A DNA stretch of 64,000 nt from Holosporales bacterium. GTDB taxonomy: Bacteria > Pseudomonadota > Alphaproteobacteria > JAJTHO01. Every line of letters starts with the position of its first letter. The first letter of the stretch is position 1. Made by a program: the position numbers and the translations under genes. Below the pieces are notes generated by a model. The model did no database searches and was not told the DNA's origin. It saw nothing but the letters and a program-made list of their open reading frames with translations. Where the stretch lies: NCBI GenBank assembly GCA_046338525.1, contig JBKDWF010000055.1:21276-85275 (forward strand). The letters run 5' to 3'. Positions 28,463 through 39,400 of this stretch are shown here, in pieces.

Positions 28463-29560
28463 CTACCATCGCCCGCGCTGACGTTGATTATCCCTTGCAA
28501 TCCCCGCGACTAGACCAAATCCAATCATCATTGTCAGCATCGAGGTTCCACCATAAGAAAGCAACGGATACGGAACACCCACCACAGGAAAAATACCAGT
28601 AATCATCCCCACATTGACTAAAATATAACTAAAAAATGTCATTGCAATACCGCCACATACTAAACGGTTAAAACTATAAGGCGACTGTCTGGCAAAGCGA
28701 TAACACTGTGCGATAACATACCACGTGAGCCCCAGCACGCCCAACGACCCCACCAAACCAAATTCTTCTGCTAAAACAGTAAAAATAAAATCTGTATGTT
28801 TTTCCGGGAGAAAGTCGAGCTGATTTTGCGAACCATTTAAAAACCCCTTACCCAAAAAACCCCCGGCTCCAAAAGCAATTTTTGACTGAGTAATATGGTA
28901 TCCAGCCCCTAAAGGATCGCGGCTTGGATCAAGAAACGTCAACACCCGTTCTTTTTGATAGTCGTGCAACAACACCTCCCAAGCAAAGGGAACCACCGCT
29001 GCCCCCAACACAGCAAGAATAATAAACCAGCTAATCGGCACGCCGGCAAAAAAGAACATTGCCGCGCCGCCAAGGCTGAGCAGCAACGCAGTCCCTAGAT
29101 TTGGTTGCAACAACACCAATCCCACAGGAATAGCAATCAGAATCAACGCCGGCAGTAAGAACAGAGGGCTTCGCGCTTCTTTCATGGTTACCTCATGAAA
29201 ATACCGCGCCAATGCCAACACTAGAGCAATCTTCATCAACTCCGATGGTTGTAACTTCAGGCCGCCAATATCCATCCATCGCTGTGCACCTTTACCGACA
29301 ATCCCCCCAACCTCAACAAAAACAAGCAAAACGACACAAAGGCAATAAACGGGATAGGCCAACGATAAAAAAAACTTCGGTGGAATCTGGGCAATAATCA
29401 ATAACCCCACCAAACAGACCCCAAAACGAACCGCCTGGGTACTTGCCCAGACATCCCAGCTACCACCGCCAGCAGAATAGAGTAGAGCAATCCCAATACT
29501 GGACAACAAGAAAACCGCCAGCACAAACCCCACCGGCCATCCGTGCATCGGCCTAAACAT
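28463..29560 (-). CDS. rodA: Rod shape-determining protein RodA (SEDS family); start uncertain (29548-29590)
   Basis: FtsW/RodA/SpoVE topology and motifs; directly downstream of PBP2. Confidence 0.85.
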   Translation of the reverse strand: MFRPMHGWPVGFVLAVFLLSSIGIALLYSAGGGSWDVWASTQAVRFGVCLVGLLIIAQIPPKFFLSLAYPVYCLCVVLLVFVEVGGIVGKGAQRWMDIGGLKLQPSELMKIALVLALARYFHEVTMKEARSPLFLLPALILIAIPVGLVLLQPNLGTALLLSLGGAAMFFFAGVPISWFIILAVLGAAVVPFAWEVLLHDYQKERVLTFLDPSRDPLGAGYHITQSKIAFGAGGFLGKGFLNGSQNQLDFLPEKHTDFIFTVLAEEFGLVGSLGVLGLTWYVIAQCYRFARQSPYSFNRLVCGGIAMTFFSYILVNVGMITGIFPVVGVPYPLLSYGGTSMLTMMIGFGLVAGIARDNQRQRGRW

Positions 29561-31370
29561 TTTGATTCTCGTACAAGTAACCGAGCACATCCCGGGCTAT
29601 AGGCGCGGCCACTTTGGAACCGCTTCCGCCATGCTCCACGATAACACTTATTGCATATTTAGGAGCTTCTGCCGGAGCATAAGCCACAAACAGCGCGTGA
29701 TCGCGCAAGTGCCAAGGCAATTCTTCATTTTTACGTACCCCGCCGGAGCGTTCCTCCATAGTAATTCGCCGTACTTGAGCCGTTCCGGTTTTCCCGGCCA
29801 TAGAAAAACTGCCTTCCTTAAGACGTGCTCCATACGCTGTCCCTCCAGCACTGTTGACAACGGTGTACATTGCGCTGCGGATAAGGCTTAAATGCTGGGG
29901 ATCTATAGGCAAGGGCGCAACACTACCCGCGGGATTTTTCTCAGAAACACGGGATAATCTGGGCATTATACTGGTGCCGCTGGCAAGGCGTGCGGCCATA
30001 ACCGCAAGCTGCAACGGCGTGGTCAAAATATATCCCTGCCCAATCCCAGCATTAAGCGATTCCCCCGTTGTCCAACCAGCGCGATGGCGGCGACGCTTCC
30101 ATCGCTCTGTAGGAATAAGACCTGATTTCTCGCCTTCAATTTCAATTCCCGTTTTTTGACCAAGCCCAAGTATAAAGGCCGCCTCAGCAATCGCATCAAT
30201 ACCCACACGACGGGCAATATCATAAAAATACACATCACACGAATGCGCCAAGCCAGAATGCAGATTCATCGTGCCATGACCTTCTTTTTTCCAGCAATGG
30301 AACACATGGCTTCCAAGGGGATAAGCACCACTGCAATGCACTGTCATTTGAGGATTAATACCACTGCGTAACGCCGCCAACGCAGTAATCATTTTAAAAG
30401 TTGAGCCAGGTGCATATTGTCCGGCAATCGGTTTGTTCAACAAAGGTGCTTTAGGATTACCATTTAATTCCCGCCATAACGCCGGCGGCATCCCAAAATA
30501 AAACGCCGCCGGATCATAACATGGTGCAGTGGTAAGAGCCAGCAGCTCCCCCGTCATGCAATTCATCACCACCACAGAGCCACTTTCTTCCCCCAAACGG
30601 CGAAAGGCAAAGGCCTGTAGTTCACTATCAATACTGCTTTCAAAATCTTCACCAAACTGGCCGTCGTTCTCATACAGCGTTCGCAACACTCGGCCATGGG
30701 CATCCACCTCAAGCTTACGTAGACCAGGACGGCCACGCAGAGTATCTTCATGACTGCGCTCTAGCCCAGCCTTACCAATACGCGCTTCGGGAATACGCAA
30801 CACTGGATCACCAGTTTTATCTTTCGCAATATCTTTTTCTGAAATAGCACCAACGTAGCCCGTCACATGAGCAGCTGACGCACCATAAGGATAACTACGC
30901 GTGCGCACCTTATCTACCTGCACACCACTAATATTTGTTGCGTGCATTTCCAAAAGTGCCAACTCTGTCCAATTGAGGTTATCCCGGACAACAAGGGGAA
31001 GGAATCCTGATTGTGTCATCAACTTCCGGCGCACACTACTCATTGTTCCGTTAGGTATGTTAAGTGTTTTCTCCAAGAAGGCCAGTACTGCTTCGGGGTC
31101 ATCGGCCATTTCGGGGATCAACACCACTTGGTAGCTATCCTCATTGGAGGCCATAGGCCTGCCATTACGATCAAGAAGACGGCCACGAATGGGCGGCAAC
31201 AGCCGCTCACTCACCCTGTTTTGCTCGGCTTTCACCCCATAAGTTTCCGCATCCAACAATTGAATTTGCGTCAATCGGCTCGCCAACACTAAAAAACTAC
31301 CCGCCTGAACGCCGCCCAACAAAAAGGCACGCCTTGAAAACAAACGATATCTATCATGACTAAGCGTCAT
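29553..31370 (-). CDS. mrdA: Penicillin-binding protein 2 (peptidoglycan D,D-transpeptidase MrdA)
   Basis: N-terminal TM anchor, PBP dimerisation domain, transpeptidase motifs SxxK (STFK), SxN (SCD), KTG(T). Confidence 0.9.
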   Translation of the reverse strand: MTLSHDRYRLFSRRAFLLGGVQAGSFLVLASRLTQIQLLDAETYGVKAEQNRVSERLLPPIRGRLLDRNGRPMASNEDSYQVVLIPEMADDPEAVLAFLEKTLNIPNGTMSSVRRKLMTQSGFLPLVVRDNLNWTELALLEMHATNISGVQVDKVRTRSYPYGASAAHVTGYVGAISEKDIAKDKTGDPVLRIPEARIGKAGLERSHEDTLRGRPGLRKLEVDAHGRVLRTLYENDGQFGEDFESSIDSELQAFAFRRLGEESGSVVVMNCMTGELLALTTAPCYDPAAFYFGMPPALWRELNGNPKAPLLNKPIAGQYAPGSTFKMITALAALRSGINPQMTVHCSGAYPLGSHVFHCWKKEGHGTMNLHSGLAHSCDVYFYDIARRVGIDAIAEAAFILGLGQKTGIEIEGEKSGLIPTERWKRRRHRAGWTTGESLNAGIGQGYILTTPLQLAVMAARLASGTSIMPRLSRVSEKNPAGSVAPLPIDPQHLSLIRSAMYTVVNSAGGTAYGARLKEGSFSMAGKTGTAQVRRITMEERSGGVRKNEELPWHLRDHALFVAYAPAEAPKYAISVIVEHGGSGSKVAAPIARDVLGYLYENQNV

Positions 31371-31833
31371 GGGCAGGCCGCCTACGCTTGATAAACCCAG
31401 TCATCAAAAACCATAGTATTGTGTTGGCAAAAAACAAATGCACCTGTGGCATCAATGGTGGTACTCCCACTTGAAACATAGCAAGCCATAAAACAAATAC
31501 CGCCTGCAAAAATAAAAACCATAGCGTCCCCAGCAACCAACGACCACCATGAGGCAGCACAAGGATAATGTCTCGTTTTGCTTTAATCCAGTAAAAGCTC
31601 AATAAAAAAAGCACCGCATTAGTACCCAAAGGCGTAGACTGTAGAGCATCCTCTCCCAGCCCCGCCAAGAGAGGTACTATCACCGTACCCAACCTTCGGG
31701 ACTGTAGACCAACCGCACAATACAACAACAATCCAACCGAGGGGACAAAATAACTATTAAAATAACTACGCATCGCCGCGCCCGCTGCAACAGCAAAAAA
31801 TAACAACAAAATAAACAATAAATTTCGAGACAT
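31360..31833 (-). CDS. mreD: Rod shape-determining protein MreD
   Basis: 157-aa polytopic membrane protein with the MreD pattern (GTVIVPLLAGLGEDALQSTPLGTNAV cf. E. coli [23 protein letters not shown]); overlaps mrdA start. Confidence 0.65.
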   Translation of the reverse strand: MSRNLLFILLLFFAVAAGAAMRSYFNSYFVPSVGLLLYCAVGLQSRRLGTVIVPLLAGLGEDALQSTPLGTNAVLFLLSFYWIKAKRDIILVLPHGGRWLLGTLWFLFLQAVFVLWLAMFQVGVPPLMPQVHLFFANTILWFLMTGFIKRRRPAHDA

Positions 31834-31895
31834 TAAAGGATGACCCGGTTATTATATGGCACGGTACGCTGCCGCGTTGTTTTGGTAAAGAGCAA

Positions 31896-32468
31896 CTATC
31901 CGCCCGCCGACTCCACCCGCAATTGCCGCGCCCGCGTTAAAATAGCGTCCTCAATTTTGCGGGCTGTTGCCGGGTCTGCCGACTGATCCCGCCAATCATT
32001 ACCTTCCTTACGCTGGCGAAAAACATTAACTTTCAAACCATCCGCGCGCAACTGCTTATCTTGAATAAACACGGAAAGCTTCATGCGCTCACTAGGGGAT
32101 TGTGGCGGCGTGTACCACTCCGTTAAAATGACCCCGCCAAATGGATCTGCCGATGCCAAGGGCATAAAACTCACCGTATCTAGGGATGCCTTCCATAAGA
32201 AGGCATTAACACCAATCCCAGTCCCACCCCCGCCTTCGCCATTACTACGGTTTTTCTTGCCCCCAAAAAGCACCAAACCATCATCGCCCGTTGCTTTGCC
32301 AAAACGGTATTCTTTTTGTTCTTCGGCGGGGTAGGATTGCTCAGAATTTTCTTTGACGCTACTGCACCCGGACAGCAACGCCGCCAAGGCAAGCACGACC
32401 CCAAGACCATAAAAAGAAACAAAAACAGTCCCATCAATAGCAAAAAACCGGGACAGTAAACGGCGCAT
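31896..32468 (-). CDS. Lipoprotein, DUF3576-like, Gly-rich
   Basis: Lipoprotein signal with LSGC lipobox; Gly-rich segment; conserved alphaproteobacterial hypothetical pattern. Confidence 0.45.
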   Translation of the reverse strand: MRRLLSRFFAIDGTVFVSFYGLGVVLALAALLSGCSSVKENSEQSYPAEEQKEYRFGKATGDDGLVLFGGKKNRSNGEGGGGTGIGVNAFLWKASLDTVSFMPLASADPFGGVILTEWYTPPQSPSERMKLSVFIQDKQLRADGLKVNVFRQRKEGNDWRDQSADPATARKIEDAILTRARQLRVESAGG

Positions 32469-32532
32469 AGAAGACCTCTTTGTTAGACGCTGCCGGACGC
32501 TACGCTGGAGTGCGGGGAAAGGCAACATGTCA

Positions 32533-33288
32533 TTATTGTGTTAATCCTGCTTTACGCAACGCATCCCAACTGCTCTGATACCAATCCGAACCGGGGTAGT
32601 TATACCCCAGCACGGCGGCGTTGCGTTTGGCTTCAGCGGTAAGGCCAATGGCAAGATAAGCATCGGTCAAGCGATACAGCGCTTCGGGCGTATGGCTGGT
32701 TGTTTGGTAGTCCCGAATGACGTTACGAAAGCGGTTAATGGCGGCTATATAATTACGCTGGCGCAAATAGAATCGCCCAATTTCCATTTCTTTGCCTGCT
32801 AAGTGATCTTTGGTTAGATCAATTTTTAACCCGGCATCCCTAGCATACGCCGTATTTGGGTAGCGCCGCACAACTTGATTCAAATCCGCCATAGCTTTTT
32901 GGGTCATTTCCTGATCTCGGGCGACATCGGTAATTTGTTCATAAGAACATAGCGCGCGAAGGTACAGCGCATAGGGTGCCTCAGCACTCGCAGGGTGGAG
33001 ATCAAGATACCGATCAATCGCTATCACAGCCTCATCGTACTGACCATCTTGATACAACACATAAGGATACATAATTTGGGCTTGCTTAGCCCAAGTGGAA
33101 TAAGGATGCTGGCGTTCGACTTCCTCGAACAACTTAGCGGCTTTCTTGAGACTGCCCTCTGCTTCAGCATCGGCGGCCTCATTATACAAAATATCTACAG
33201 GCTTATCGTCTTCAAACTTTTTGTCTTTTCCATCGCCAGCACAGGCGGACAGCAACACAATCAGGGCAATGGGGAACCAACGGCGCAT
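32533..33288 (-). CDS. bamD: Outer membrane protein assembly factor BamD
   Basis: Lipoprotein signal (LLSAC), TPR repeats, BamD-specific motifs (YP.S.W...A.....YR..DAY). Confidence 0.85.
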   Translation of the reverse strand: MRRWFPIALIVLLSACAGDGKDKKFEDDKPVDILYNEAADAEAEGSLKKAAKLFEEVERQHPYSTWAKQAQIMYPYVLYQDGQYDEAVIAIDRYLDLHPASAEAPYALYLRALCSYEQITDVARDQEMTQKAMADLNQVVRRYPNTAYARDAGLKIDLTKDHLAGKEMEIGRFYLRQRNYIAAINRFRNVIRDYQTTSHTPEALYRLTDAYLAIGLTAEAKRNAAVLGYNYPGSDWYQSSWDALRKAGLTQ

Positions 33289-34223
33289 GGCGGCATCATG
33301 GCGGGCGTTGCGGCCCGTTGCAAGCGATCGTTTATGGCAATTCCAAGACCTTGATAGGGAATGGAAACAACAGCAATGCTCTTATACCCGCCGTGATCAA
33401 GGTCATGCAAGAAGGCGTAAAGATTGCGGGCGGCCTCCTCTAAATTGCCTGAAGGACTGAGGTTTTTTCGGCCGGCACCGCCCCGTGGTTCCGGCATACC
33501 AAAGCACAGCAATGCCTCATCATCCTTAGCCTCCGTTGCATTAAGCCGGAGCGGCGTTTGCGGTGCATAATGCCGGGCCAGCATCCCCGGCGCCCTGATG
33601 CCCTCTTCGACAAGCTTCGGCGCACTCCCAAGAATCGCCTGAAGACGCTCAGTAGCAACCCCCCCAGCGCGAAGAATGCGCCAGCCGTCAGGGTCGAGAG
33701 CCACAATAGTGGATTCCAACCCAACGTCTGCCGAAGTGGTGTCTTCCAGCAATAGGGCTTCTTTTTTGAAAACGGGATCAATATCTGATAACCGGGTCGG
33801 GCTAAGCTGCCCCGACAGGTTTGCCGACGGCGCGGCAAGGGGAAACCCCGCCGCCCGGCACAGCGCTGCCGCCCCAAGATGAGCCGGCACCCGCACCGCC
33901 ACGGTGGGTAGGCCCGCCGTCACAACGGCGGCCAGCCCGGCCTCCGGGCGCACAGGCAGCACCAAGGTTAACGGCCCCGGCCACAACGCCGCCGCCAGAT
34001 GTTCCGCCCGCTCGTCAAAAACGGCTATACCCCGCGCCGCCGCCGTATCCGCAACATGGACAATTAGCGGGTTGTAGGCCGGGCGGCCTTTCAAGGCGTA
34101 AATTTTACCCACTGCCTCCGGGTTGCGGGCATCGGCGGCCAACCCCCACACCGTTTCCGTGGGCATTAGGACTAGGCCGCCATCCCGCAGCCGAGCAGCC
34201 AAGCCTATTACATCAAAATACAT
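33261..34223 (-). CDS. tsaC: L-threonylcarbamoyladenylate synthase (Sua5/TsaC family, YrdC domain + Sua5 C-terminal domain)
   Basis: YrdC motifs (LVLMPTETVWGLAADA, KGRPAYNPLIVHV); ~320 aa implies the Sua5 long form. Confidence 0.8.
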   Translation of the reverse strand: MYFDVIGLAARLRDGGLVLMPTETVWGLAADARNPEAVGKIYALKGRPAYNPLIVHVADTAAARGIAVFDERAEHLAAALWPGPLTLVLPVRPEAGLAAVVTAGLPTVAVRVPAHLGAAALCRAAGFPLAAPSANLSGQLSPTRLSDIDPVFKKEALLLEDTTSADVGLESTIVALDPDGWRILRAGGVATERLQAILGSAPKLVEEGIRAPGMLARHYAPQTPLRLNATEAKDDEALLCFGMPEPRGGAGRKNLSPSGNLEEAARNLYAFLHDLDHGGYKSIAVVSIPYQGLGIAINDRLQRAATPAMMPPCAVGSPLP

Positions 34224-34342
34224 AGAATCTTGATACCATAATAAAGGCGCTAAAGTCTTCCTTTTGTTAAAGCATCTCTTAACCATCCCCTAACCCTTTT
34301 CCGGTATGATTCTTGCACGAACACACTGGGAAGGACCTATTA

Positions 34343-35743
34343 ATGGCCGAATACCGCCAAGGATTAGATTTGCGCCAGGCACAGGGCCTGATGATGACGC
34401 CGCAATTGCGGCAGGCCATTGCCTTGCTGCAAACATCCCAGCAGGAATTGGCCAGCCTTATTGAAGGCGAACTCCTCATCAACCCGCTGCTGGAAGTGCA
34501 GGAAACCGCCCCGGACAGCGAGGGAACAGGCGTTGATACCCCCGACGATCTCCCCGATTTGGACAGCGGCGAAGGCGACTGGCGCACCGCCGAGGGCGAC
34601 GGGGCCGCTTGGGATGCCAGTGGCCACGCCGAGGGCGACCGCCTGGCCAGCCTCACTGATGCGTTGACGTTAACAGATCACCTAAGCCGTCAGGCCGGAA
34701 TGCTATTTTCCGAGCATCATGAGCGCCTGCTGGCCGCGCAGCTCATCGATATGATCGACGCCTCAGGGTATTTTACCGAAGACGTGGCGGCCGTGGCCGA
34801 GCGGCTGGGGGAAGACGTGGCCGTTGTTGAGGCGATACTGCTGCGCCTGCAACAGTGTGAGCCGGCAGGGGTGTTTGCCCGGTCGCTGAAGGAATGCTTA
34901 GCGTTGCAGCTACGCGACCTAGGGCACCTAGACCCGTGGATGGAAACTTTACTCGAAAACCTGCCGTTAGTGGCGGCGCGGGAGCACGCGAAACTGCAAA
35001 AAATCATTGGCTGCGACGGCGGCACGCTGGCGGAAATGCTGGCCGAATTAAAGCGTCTTGATCCCAAACCTGGGGCAAAATTTCTTCATATCCCCATTGA
35101 AACCATGATTCCCGATGTCTTTGTGCGTAAAGATGCCAATGGCCAATGGACAGCAGAATTAAACCCCCAAGCCCAGCCCAATATTGTCCTCAACAGCACC
35201 TTTTACCAAAAAGCCGCCGGGATGATGCCCGATAAAGAACAAAAAAAGTTCTTAAGTACCTGCCATCAAAACGGTAACTTTCTGCTCAAGGCTCTCGCTC
35301 AAAGAGCAGAAACCATCATGCGGGTAACAACCGCTTTAGTAGCTAGGCAACAAGACTTTTTTGACAAGGGCATTCGCTATCTGCGCCCCATGGTCTTACG
35401 CGAAATTGCTGAAGATTTAGGCATCCATGAAAGCACCGTCAGCCGCATCACCACCAAAAAATACCTCGCCAGCCCTCGCGGCGTCGTGGAACTGAAATAC
35501 TTTTTTGCCGCCGGCCTTAAAAACGTCGTCGGTCAAGAGGGTGCCGTCTCTGCCCGCACGGTGCAACATCGCATCAGTCATTTGATTGAGAATGAACAAC
35601 CATCAAAACCGCTGTCCGATGAAACCCTAGTGGATTTGCTCAGCAAAGAAGGCATTGAAGTAGCCAGACGCACCGTCGCCAAATACCGGGAAGGGTTAGG
35701 TATTGCCAACTCGTCTCAACGGCGGCGGGAGAAGCGAGCATAA
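34343..35743 (+). CDS. rpoN: RNA polymerase sigma-54 factor RpoN
   Basis: N-terminal Gln/Leu-rich activator-interacting region (LMMTPQLRQAIALLQ); C-terminal RpoN box (ARRTVAKYRE) and HTH. Confidence 0.9.
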   Translation: MAEYRQGLDLRQAQGLMMTPQLRQAIALLQTSQQELASLIEGELLINPLLEVQETAPDSEGTGVDTPDDLPDLDSGEGDWRTAEGDGAAWDASGHAEGDRLASLTDALTLTDHLSRQAGMLFSEHHERLLAAQLIDMIDASGYFTEDVAAVAERLGEDVAVVEAILLRLQQCEPAGVFARSLKECLALQLRDLGHLDPWMETLLENLPLVAAREHAKLQKIIGCDGGTLAEMLAELKRLDPKPGAKFLHIPIETMIPDVFVRKDANGQWTAELNPQAQPNIVLNSTFYQKAAGMMPDKEQKKFLSTCHQNGNFLLKALAQRAETIMRVTTALVARQQDFFDKGIRYLRPMVLREIAEDLGIHESTVSRITTKKYLASPRGVVELKYFFAAGLKNVVGQEGAVSARTVQHRISHLIENEQPSKPLSDETLVDLLSKEGIEVARRTVAKYREGLGIANSSQRRREKRA

Positions 35744-35760
35744 ATATTCCAAAGCAATAT

Positions 35761-37923
35761 CTAGGCTCTATCCTGTGCATCTGGCAAACCACCAAAACAA
35801 CATTTTATTCGTGTCTCAAACGGTGGATTATCTATCAGCTGTACTGTTGCCCCATGGCTATGCAAATCCGCCACCGCCAACAACACCCCAAAATGATGCA
35901 ATTGTTCACCATAATCCAAAAAGCTACCGTCTTTTGTAAAAAGCGCGGCCACTGGCAAAGGGATAAGAGCATTAGTAGCCTGAAATATCAAAGTAACGCC
36001 TTGGTTATCCCGCTGCCCCTGTACGGTTATGACGCCTCCTTCTGATGTATGCCGTATCAAAAACAACAAGAACTGTTCTATTGCTTGGCGAAATTTTTCC
36101 TCATCAAGAAAAAGACTGCCCACATCAGCGGCCAAGAAAAAATTCAACTTTACACCACGAGATTTTACTTCTTTATCAACAATATTTACCACGGTACGCA
36201 AGGTTGGTAATAACTGCGTCTCGCTAAGACTCAACGTAGCTTTACGGGTTTGCGCGGCAATCAGTTTTAATGTTGTTTGCAGAGTTTTTTGCAGCTGCAC
36301 ACTGGCATTATGCATAAAAGTTATATAATCATAACGCTTGGCTTGGGGAAAATCGGAACGCTGAGCCAACGTCGAAAATGCGGCAATCGCATCCCCCAGA
36401 TCGAGTAATTCGCGGCAATATTTTTGTAAGAACACACCGTATTGGGTAATATTCTGGCGGTATTGTTGTTCGAGAGCATCTTGCTGACTAATATCTTGGA
36501 AAACAATTAATTGTTCTTCTGTCTCAAGAGGCTGCACTGTGACTTTAAAAGTATTATTATTATCAAGAACGATAGGCATGCTCTCTTTATTTTTCAATAA
36601 AATAAGCTGCTGCATTTTTTTTGCATCATCATCTTTTAATGCCTTAATAACCATTTGCCACAGCATCTCTGTTGAAATATCTTTAGAAATAGCAAACAGC
36701 TCAAGCAGTTTTGCATTCCATCGAACGGGCTGATGGGCTGCATTCAACCACAACAAGCCTATACCAAAAATATCGCCCGCATGCTTCGCCGCATGATACG
36801 CAGCATCGACGGCTTTTTGATTTCTGGTCTGTTCCGAAATATCGCGATAACAATACAATAGGCCACCTGTCTTTTGGGGTATGATGCTTATGTCAAGAAC
36901 CCGTCCCTCCAAAAATTCAAGTATGACCTTTTCTTCTGCCACAATACTGCGAAATATCTGTTTTTGCTTGGCAATAAAGCGTTCATAATCGTTAGCATGT
37001 AAAAATGGTTTAATTTTTTGCTTATGTTCAAAAATTCTTTCTACAGTCAATGTCTGATCTGCCAAAATATCCGTTGTTAATTCCCACATATGAACAAAGG
37101 CATCATTATAAAAAACAAGCCGTTTTTTTGTGTCAAAAAGAGCCACCGCGGTATCAACACGATCAAGAATTCCCTGATACACTTGGCTTTGATGTTCAAT
37201 ATCATATTCCAGCGCACACACTGCGGATACATCGCAGGCAAACCCCACCGTACCAGAACCATCTTGGAGTGGCATTTCCGAAATTTCAAAAAGCCTAGGC
37301 TGCCCGTCGATGATCAGGGTATGCCGCTGGGTCATGCCATCGGTTGGTGCTTGATTTTTTGCCGTTACTTCTACCGAAACAAATTCAATTTGCTGTTCGA
37401 GGACTTCTAAGAAAGAATGCCCCACTGCGTGGGTATAGGCTTCGTTCACAAAAATTAAATGACCCTCTGCGGTGCGTGTCCACGCAGGCGTAGGCATCTT
37501 GTCTATCAAAGCACGCAGTTGCGCCGGTAAGCGATCAATAGGCGTGGTCACAGAAGCGACTACAGGTGCCGCTCTACTCGCCAACGGCTCGACCTGAAAA
37601 ATGGGTGTTGGCGCAATATCCATAACAAATGGCGGAGGAACCACGCCAGTGTTTTTTTTATCACGATTTCTGATCTTAAGAAATATCCCAAGCAACACCA
37701 CAATAAAAAGAAATACTCCTGCAAAGCCAAGCCACAACGGAATACCTACACCTTCAATTTCTACCGTCTGTCGCATAACATCCGGCGGCCATAAAGACTG
37801 GGCACCACCTGAAACCGGGACGAAAAAAAACCACAGCCCCACGATCAGGGATACCAGCCTTCTCAGACTCCCTAAAAAATCAATAACGGTAGTGGCTTGG
37901 TTTATAGTCACCTTCAGGGTCAA
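35761..37923 (-). CDS. PAS-domain sensor histidine kinase-like protein with degenerate catalytic core (putative pseudokinase); AT-rich
   Basis: Two N-terminal TM helices, three PAS-like segments, then an H-box-like motif [16 protein letters not shown] with Arg at the phosphoacceptor His position; HATPase region lacks G1/G2 glycine boxes. Confidence 0.6.
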   Translation of the reverse strand: MTLKVTINQATTVIDFLGSLRRLVSLIVGLWFFFVPVSGGAQSLWPPDVMRQTVEIEGVGIPLWLGFAGVFLFIVVLLGIFLKIRNRDKKNTGVVPPPFVMDIAPTPIFQVEPLASRAAPVVASVTTPIDRLPAQLRALIDKMPTPAWTRTAEGHLIFVNEAYTHAVGHSFLEVLEQQIEFVSVEVTAKNQAPTDGMTQRHTLIIDGQPRLFEISEMPLQDGSGTVGFACDVSAVCALEYDIEHQSQVYQGILDRVDTAVALFDTKKRLVFYNDAFVHMWELTTDILADQTLTVERIFEHKQKIKPFLHANDYERFIAKQKQIFRSIVAEEKVILEFLEGRVLDISIIPQKTGGLLYCYRDISEQTRNQKAVDAAYHAAKHAGDIFGIGLLWLNAAHQPVRWNAKLLELFAISKDISTEMLWQMVIKALKDDDAKKMQQLILLKNKESMPIVLDNNNTFKVTVQPLETEEQLIVFQDISQQDALEQQYRQNITQYGVFLQKYCRELLDLGDAIAAFSTLAQRSDFPQAKRYDYITFMHNASVQLQKTLQTTLKLIAAQTRKATLSLSETQLLPTLRTVVNIVDKEVKSRGVKLNFFLAADVGSLFLDEEKFRQAIEQFLLFLIRHTSEGGVITVQGQRDNQGVTLIFQATNALIPLPVAALFTKDGSFLDYGEQLHHFGVLLAVADLHSHGATVQLIDNPPFETRIKCCFGGLPDAQDRA

Positions 37924-39199
37924 TATTGAGGTATTCTGCTTGCTTTTTCGTTAACCGGGTTAATTTTGCCCCCAACTTTGGTAAATGCAACGCAGCAACT
38001 TTTTCATCCAAGCGTTTGGGAAGAATATACACACCAATTTTGTATTTATTACTGTGTTGCCAGAGTTCAATTTGTGCCAAGACTTGGTTGCTGAAACTAG
38101 CGCTCATCACAAAACTTGGGTGCCCAGCGGCGCAGCCAAGGTTCACCAAGCGGCCCTCGGCCAACACCAGCAAACGCTTCCCGTCTGGGAAGGTGACCTC
38201 ATGCACTTGGGGCTTAATTTCCGTCCACGTGTAGTTGCGTAGGGCTTCGATTTGAATTTCGCTGTCAAAATGCCCAATATTACAGATAATAGCACGATCC
38301 TTCATCTGCCGCATATGATCGAGGGTAATAACATCAACGTTACCGGTGGCGGTGACAAAAATATCGCCGTTACTAGCCACGTCGTCCATCGTCACAATTT
38401 GATAGCCTTCCATGCAGGCTTGCAGCGCACAAATCGGGTCAATCTCTGTAACCAATACCCGCGCACCGTGGTTACGCAGTGCCGCCGCCGAACCTTTGCC
38501 CACATCGCCGTACCCGGCCACTACCGCTGTTTTACCGGCAATCATGGTTCCCGTAGCGCGTTTAATCCCATCCACCAAGCTTTCCCGACACCCATACAGG
38601 TTGTCAAACTTGGATTTTGTCACGGAATCATTGACGTTGATAGCCGGAACTTTCAGCTCTCCCTTACGGTGCATCTCATACAAACGGTGCACGCCGGTGG
38701 TGGTTTCTTCGGAAATGCCTCTGATATCTTTCAGTAATTCAGGAAACTTATTGTGCATCATTACGGTCAAATCGCCGCCGTCGTCTAAAATCATGTTTGG
38801 ACGCCAGCCGTTCGGGCCAAGAATCGTTTGCTCAATACACCAATCAGCCTCTTCCAGCGTTTGGCCTTTCCAAGCAAACACCGCCACGCCAGAGACCGCA
38901 ATAGCCGCCGCCGCCTGATCTTGCGTGGAAAAAATGTTGCAGCTGCTCCAGCGCACTTCGGCACCCAAAGCCGTCAGCGTTTCAATCAACACAGCCGTCT
39001 GCACCGTCATGTGCAGGCATCCGGCAATCCGCGCGCCTTTCAGCGGCTGCCGCGCCGCATACTCTGCCCGAATCTGCATCAGGCCGGGCATCTCACTCTC
39101 CGCCAAGGATATTTCCCGCCGCCCCCATTCCGCCAAGCTCATGTCGGCAACTTTATAATCAACGGTATGGACGTGGGCTTTTTTAGTGGCGGCGGTCAT
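37880..39199 (-). CDS. ahcY: Adenosylhomocysteinase (start placed at MTAATKK)
   Basis: AhcY N-terminal motif ([28 protein letters not shown]), NAD-binding [11 protein letters not shown]-terminal [11 protein letters not shown]. Confidence 0.9.
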   Translation of the reverse strand: MTAATKKAHVHTVDYKVADMSLAEWGRREISLAESEMPGLMQIRAEYAARQPLKGARIAGCLHMTVQTAVLIETLTALGAEVRWSSCNIFSTQDQAAAAIAVSGVAVFAWKGQTLEEADWCIEQTILGPNGWRPNMILDDGGDLTVMMHNKFPELLKDIRGISEETTTGVHRLYEMHRKGELKVPAINVNDSVTKSKFDNLYGCRESLVDGIKRATGTMIAGKTAVVAGYGDVGKGSAAALRNHGARVLVTEIDPICALQACMEGYQIVTMDDVASNGDIFVTATGNVDVITLDHMRQMKDRAIICNIGHFDSEIQIEALRNYTWTEIKPQVHEVTFPDGKRLLVLAEGRLVNLGCAAGHPSFVMSASFSNQVLAQIELWQHSNKYKIGVYILPKRLDEKVAALHLPKLGAKLTRLTKKQAEYLNIDPEGDYKPSHYRY

Positions 39200-39274
39200 G
39201 AGTGTATCCTTTGTTGGAGAGTGTGTAGGCGAGTGCCTGGCCGGATGCAAGCGGGCATTAAAACTGCGGGCGGG

Positions 39275-39304
39275 ACAAAAATGACAAAAATGACAAAAAT
39301 GACT
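39275..39304. repeat. Tandem 9-bp repeat (ACAAAAATG x3.3) in the ahcY upstream region
   Basis: Direct inspection: gggACAAAAATGACAAAAATGACAAAAATGACttta. Confidence 0.8.
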
Positions 39305-39400
39305 TTAAGCAAGCCCATAAACAGTACCGCAAGAAAAAAGTCCTTCCTAAAACGAGCGGATGAAAAACGCGTACCAATGCTAAACCCTCGGTCGTCTTCG

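Noticed and set aside
39275-39304. Short tandem repeat as a possible CRISPR array
   Set aside because: The units are 9 bp, directly abutting with no spacers, and only ~3 copies occur. No cas genes are present.
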